From contig NIVC01000732.1 of assembly GCA_002269645.1 (NCBI GenBank), forward strand, positions 394,214-458,213: 64,000 nucleotides of DNA, written 5' to 3'. Within the stretch, counting starts at the first letter, position 1; each line of letters begins with the position of its first letter. The stretch comes from Macrostomum lignano. Its lineage: Eukaryota. The notes below the pieces were generated by a model. The model ran no database searches. It was not told where the DNA came from and saw only the letters and a list, made by a program, of their open reading frames with translations. Below are positions 59,240 to 64,000 of this stretch, piece after piece. Position numbers and translations under genes: made by a program.

Positions 59240-62200
59240 AGCTGGTCCACCTAACCTACAGACACAACCGAATCAGCTCTCTCAGTCTGTTTGAGGCTTT
59301 GGCTCTCAGAAGGTGGTCCACCTAACCTACAGACACAACTCGAACAGATTTCTCTGTCTGTTTGAGGCTCTGGCTCTCAGAGCCGCCGAGAAAGTTTAGT
59401 GCCGAGAATGCTTCAGTTTGTTAGAATGCAATCAGAACAGATTCCTAGAAAGTGAGCTAGTCCAGCATCGAGGTAGAACATCTGGATGTGTAACGAGAGG
59501 CTCTCGGAGATTCCTGGCTCAGATTATCGCCTAGAAGTGCTGTGGAGTAGCTGGTCCACCTAACCTACAGACACAACTCGAACAGATTTCTCTGTCTGTT
59601 TAGGGCTCTGGCTCTTAGAGCCGCCGAGAAAGTTTAGTGCCGAGAATGCTTCAGTTTGTAAGAATGCAATCAGAACAGATTCCTAGAAAGTGAGCTAGTC
59701 CAGCATCAAGGCAGAACATCTGGATGTGTAACGAGAGGCTCTCGGAGATTCCTGGCTCAGATTATCGCCTAGAAGTGCTGTAGAATAGCTGGTCCACCTA
59801 ACCTACAGACACAACTCGAACAGATTTCTCTGTCTGTTTGAGGCTCTGGCTCTCAGAGCCGCCGAGAAAGTTTAGTGCCGAGAATGCTTCAGTTTGTTAG
59901 AATGCAATCAGAACAGATTCCTAGAAAGTGAGCTAGTCCAGCATCAAGGCAGAACATCTGGATGTGTAACGAAAGTCTCTCGGAGACTCCTGGCTCAGAT
60001 TATCGCCTAGAAGTGCTGTGGAGTAGCTGGTCCACCTAACCTACAGACACAACTCGAACAGATTTCTCTGTCTGTTTGAGGCTCTGGCTCTCAGAGCCGC
60101 CGAGAAAGTTTAGTGCCGAGAATGCTTCAGTTTGTTAGAATGCAATCAGAACAGATTCCTAGAAAGTGAGCTAGTCCAGCATCAAGGCAGAACATCTGGA
60201 TGTGTAACGAGAGGCTCTCGGAGATTCCTGGCTCAGATTATCGCCTAGAAGTGCTGTAGAATAGCTGGTCCACCTAACCTACAGACACAACTCGAACAGA
60301 TTTCTCTGTCTGTTTGAGGCTCTGGCTCTCAGAGCCGCCGAGAAAGTTTAGTGCCGAGAATGCTTCAGTTTGTTAGAATGCAATCAGAACAGATTCCTAG
60401 AAAGTGAGCTAGTCCAGCATCAAGGCAGAACATCTGGATGTGTAACGAAAGTCTCTCGGAGACTCCTGGCTCAGATTATCGCCTAGAAGTGCTGTGGAGT
60501 AGCTGGTCCACCTAACCTACAGACACAACTCAAACAGATTTCTCTGTCTGTTTGAGGCTCTGGCTCTCAGAGCCGCCGAGAAAGTTTAGTGCAGAAAATG
60601 CTTCAGTTTGTTAGAATGCAATCAGAACAGATTCCTAGAAAGTGAGCTAGTCCAGCATCAAGGCAGAACATCTGGATGTGTAACGAGAGGCTCTCGGAGA
60701 TTCCTGGCTCAGATTATCGCCTAGAAGTGCTGTAGAATAGCTGGTCCACCTAACCTACAGACACAACTCGAACAGATTTCTCTGTCTGTTTGAGGCTCTG
60801 GCTCTCAGAGCCGCCGAGAAAGTTTAGTGCCGAGAATGCTTCAGTTTGTTAGAATGCAATCAGAACAGATTCCTAGAAAGTGAGCTAGTCCAGCATCAAG
60901 GCAGAACATCTGGATGTGTAACGAGAGGCTCTCGGAGATTCCTGGCTCAGATTATCGCCTAGAAGTGCTTTGGAGTAGCTGGTCCACCTAACCTACAGAC
61001 ACAACTCGAACAGATTTCTCTGTCTGTTTGAGGCTCTGGCTCTTAGGTGGTCCTCATAACCTACAGACACAACTGAAGCAGCTCTCTCAGTCTGTTTGAG
61101 GCTTTGGCTCTCAGAAGGTGGTCCACCTAACCTACAGACACAACTCGAACAGATTTCTCTGTCTGTTTAGGCTCTGGCTCTTAGAGCCGCCGAGAAAGTT
61201 TAGTGCCGAGAATGCTTCAGTTTGTTAGAATGCAATCAGAACAGATTCCTAGAAAGTGAGCTAGTCCAGCATCAAGGCAGAACATCTGGATGTGTAACGA
61301 AAGTCTCTCGGAGACTCCTGGCTCAGATTATCGCCTAGAAGTGCTGTGGAGTATCTGGTCCACCTAACCTACAGACACAACTCGAACAGATTTCTCTGTC
61401 TGTTTGAGGCTCTGGATCTCAGAGCCGCCGAGAAAGTTTAGTGCCGAGAATGCTTCAGTTTGTTAGAATGCAATCAGAACAGATTCCTAGAAAGTGAGCT
61501 AGTCCAGCATCAAGGCAGAACATCTGGATGTGTAACGAGAGGCTCTCGGAGATTCCTGGCTCAGATTATCGCCTAGAAGTGCTGTAGAATAGCTGGTCCA
61601 CCTAACCTACAGACACAACTCGAACAGATTTCTCTGTCTGTTTGAGGCTCTGGCTCTCAGAGCCGCCGAGAAAGTTTAGTGCCGAGAATGCTTCAGTTTG
61701 TTAGAATGCAATCAGAACAGATTCCTAGAAAGTGAGCTAGTCCAGCATCAAGGTAGAACATCTGGATGTGTAACGAGAGGCTCTCGGAGATTCCTGGCTC
61801 AGATTATCGCCTAGAAGTGCTTTGGAGTAGCTGGTCCACCTAACCTACAGACACAACTCGAACAGATTTCTCTGTCTGTTTGAGGCTCTGGCTCTCAGAG
61901 CCGCCGAGAAAGTTTAGTGCCGAGAATGCTTCAGTTTGTTAGAATGCAATCAGAACAGATTCCTAGAAAGTGAGCTAGTCCAGCATCGAGGTAGAACATC
62001 TGGATGTGTAACGAGAGGCTCTCGGAGATTCCTGGCTCAGATTATCGCCTAGAAGTGCTGTGGAGTAGCTGGTCCACCTAACCTACAGACACAACTCGAA
62101 CAGATTTCTCTGTCTGTTTAGGGCTCTGGCTCTTAGAGCCGCCGAGAAAGTTTAGTGCCGAGAATGCTTCAGTTTGTAAGAATGCAATCAGAACAGATTC

Positions 62201-64000
62201 CTAGAAAGTGAGCTAGTCCAGCATCAAGGCAGAACATCTGGATGTGTAACGAGAGGCTCTCGGAGATTCCTGGCTCAGATTATCGCCTAGAAGTGCTGTA
62301 GAATAGCTGGTCCACCTAACCTACAGACACAACTCGAACAGATTTCTCTGTCTGTTTGAGGCTCTGGCTCTCAGAGCCGCCGAGAAAGTTTAGTGCCGAG
62401 AATGCTTCAGTTTGTTAGAATGCAATCAGAACAGATTCCTAGAAAGTGAGCTAGTCCAGCATCAAGGCAGAACATCTGGATGTGTAACGAAAGTCTCTCG
62501 GAGACTCCTGGCTCAGATTATCGCCTAGAAGTGCTGTGGAGTAGCTGGTCCACCTAACCTACAGACACAACTCGAACAGATTTCTCTGTCTGTTTGAGGC
62601 TCTGGCTCTCAGAGCCGCCGAGAAAGTTTAGTGCCGAGAATGCTTCAGTTTGTTAGAATGCAATCAGAACAGATTCCTAGAAAGTGAGCTAGTCCAGCAT
62701 CAAGGCAGAACATCTGGATGTGTAACGAGAGGCTCTCGGAGATTCCTGGCTCAGATTATCGCCTAGAAGTGCTGTAGAATAGCTGGTCCACCTAACCTAC
62801 AGACACAACTCGAACAGATTTCTCTGTCTGTTTGAGGCTCTGGCTCTCAGAGCCGCCGAGAAAGTTTAGTGCCGAGAATGCTTCAGTTTGTTAGAATGCA
62901 ATCAGAACAGATTCCTAGAAAGTGAGCTAGTCCAGCATCAAGGCAGAACATCTGGATGTGTAACGAAAGTCTCTCGGAGACTCCTGGCTCAGATTATCGC
63001 CTAGAAGTGCTGTGGAGTAGCTGGTCCACCTAACCTACAGACACAACTCAAACAGATTTCTCTGTCTGTTTGAGGCTCTGGCTCTCAGAGCCGCCGAGAA
63101 AGTTTAGTGCAGAAAATGCTTCAGTTTGTTAGAATGCAATCAGAACAGATTCCTAGAAAGTGAGCTAGTCCAGCATCAAGGCAGAACATCTGGATGTGTA
63201 ACGAGAGGCTCTCGGAGATTCCTGGCTCAGATTATCGCCTAGAAGTGCTGTAGAATAGCTGGTCCACCTAACCTACAGACACAACTCGAACAGATTTCTC
63301 TGTCTGTTTGAGGCTCTGGCTCTCAGAGCCGCCGAGAAAGTTTAGTGCCGAGAATGCTTCAGTTTGTTAGAATGCAATCAGAACAGATTCCTAGAAAGTG
63401 AGCTAGTCCAGCATCAAGGCAGAACATCTGGATGTGTAACGAGAGGCTCTCGGAGATTCCTGCTCAGATTATCGCCTAGAAGTGCTTTGGAGTAGCTGGT
63501 CCACCTAACCTACAGACACAACTCGAACAGATTTCTCTGTCTGTTTGAGGCTCTGGCTCTTAGGTGGTCCTCATAACCTACAGACACAACTGAAGCAGCT
63601 CTCTCAGTCTGTTTGAGGCTTTGGCTCTCAGAAGGTGGTCCACCTAACCTACAGACACAACTCGAACAGATTTCTCTGTCTGTTTAGGCTCTGGCTCTTA
63701 GAGCCGCCGAGAAAGTTTAGTGCCAGAAATGCTTCAGTTTGTTAGAATGCAATCAGAACAGATTCCTAGAAAGTGAGCTAGTCCAGCATCAAGGCAGAAC
63801 ATCTGGATGTGTAACGAAAGTCTCTCGGAGACTCCTGGCTCAGATTATCGCCTAGAAGTGCTGTGGAGTATCTGGTCCACCTAACCTACAGACACAACTC
63901 GAACAGATTTCTCTGTCTGTTTGAGGCTCTATCTCAGAGCCGCCGAGAAGTTTAGTGCGAGAATGCTTCAGTTTGTTAGAATGCAATCAGAACAGATTCC
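59240..64000. repeat. 238-bp satellite with ~2.5-kb higher-order structure, running off the window end
   Basis: ctggtccacctaac at 59551, 59789 and 60027 gives a period of 238. Diagnostic variants recur 2517-2518 bp apart. Confidence 0.97.

Noticed and set aside
59240-64000. 238-bp unit as a repeated exon-intron module or an snRNA/5S/SL RNA gene array
   Set aside because: Splice-like strings exist but every plus-strand frame I read hits stops within a unit, and I saw no Pol III boxes, Sm site or known RNA sequence.

Overview
Repeat-rich animal genomic DNA with spliceosomal GT-AG introns and no prokaryotic features. It looks flatworm-like; Macrostomum is my inference from style only. Four host genes can be reconstructed by hand with consistent splice phases. 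Three are on the minus strand: a divergent tubulin-tyrosine-ligase-like gene (8 coding exons, 27417-32730), a nucleolin-like gene with an N-terminal RGG domain (6391-17696) and RPS28 (4558-4764, with a 5'TOP-like first exon). The fourth is a plus-strand TENT5/FAM46 poly(A) polymerase (41766-49863). The main finding is an intact ~4.17 kb RTE-clade non-LTR retrotransposon (APE-RT-4 zinc fingers, (GAA)n tail) inserted in sense orientation inside the last coding exon of the nucleolin-like gene. It has a perfect 13-bp target-site duplication, and removing it restores one continuous 795-aa ORF. Most large introns hold their own minisatellite, and the window ends in a 238-bp satellite with ~2.5 kb higher-order structure. 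hAT and Tc1/mariner MITEs, a decayed mariner, an RNase H non-LTR fragment and tRNA- and CORE-type SINE remnants fill much of the rest. All coordinates and alignments were read by eye; none were computed or searched.
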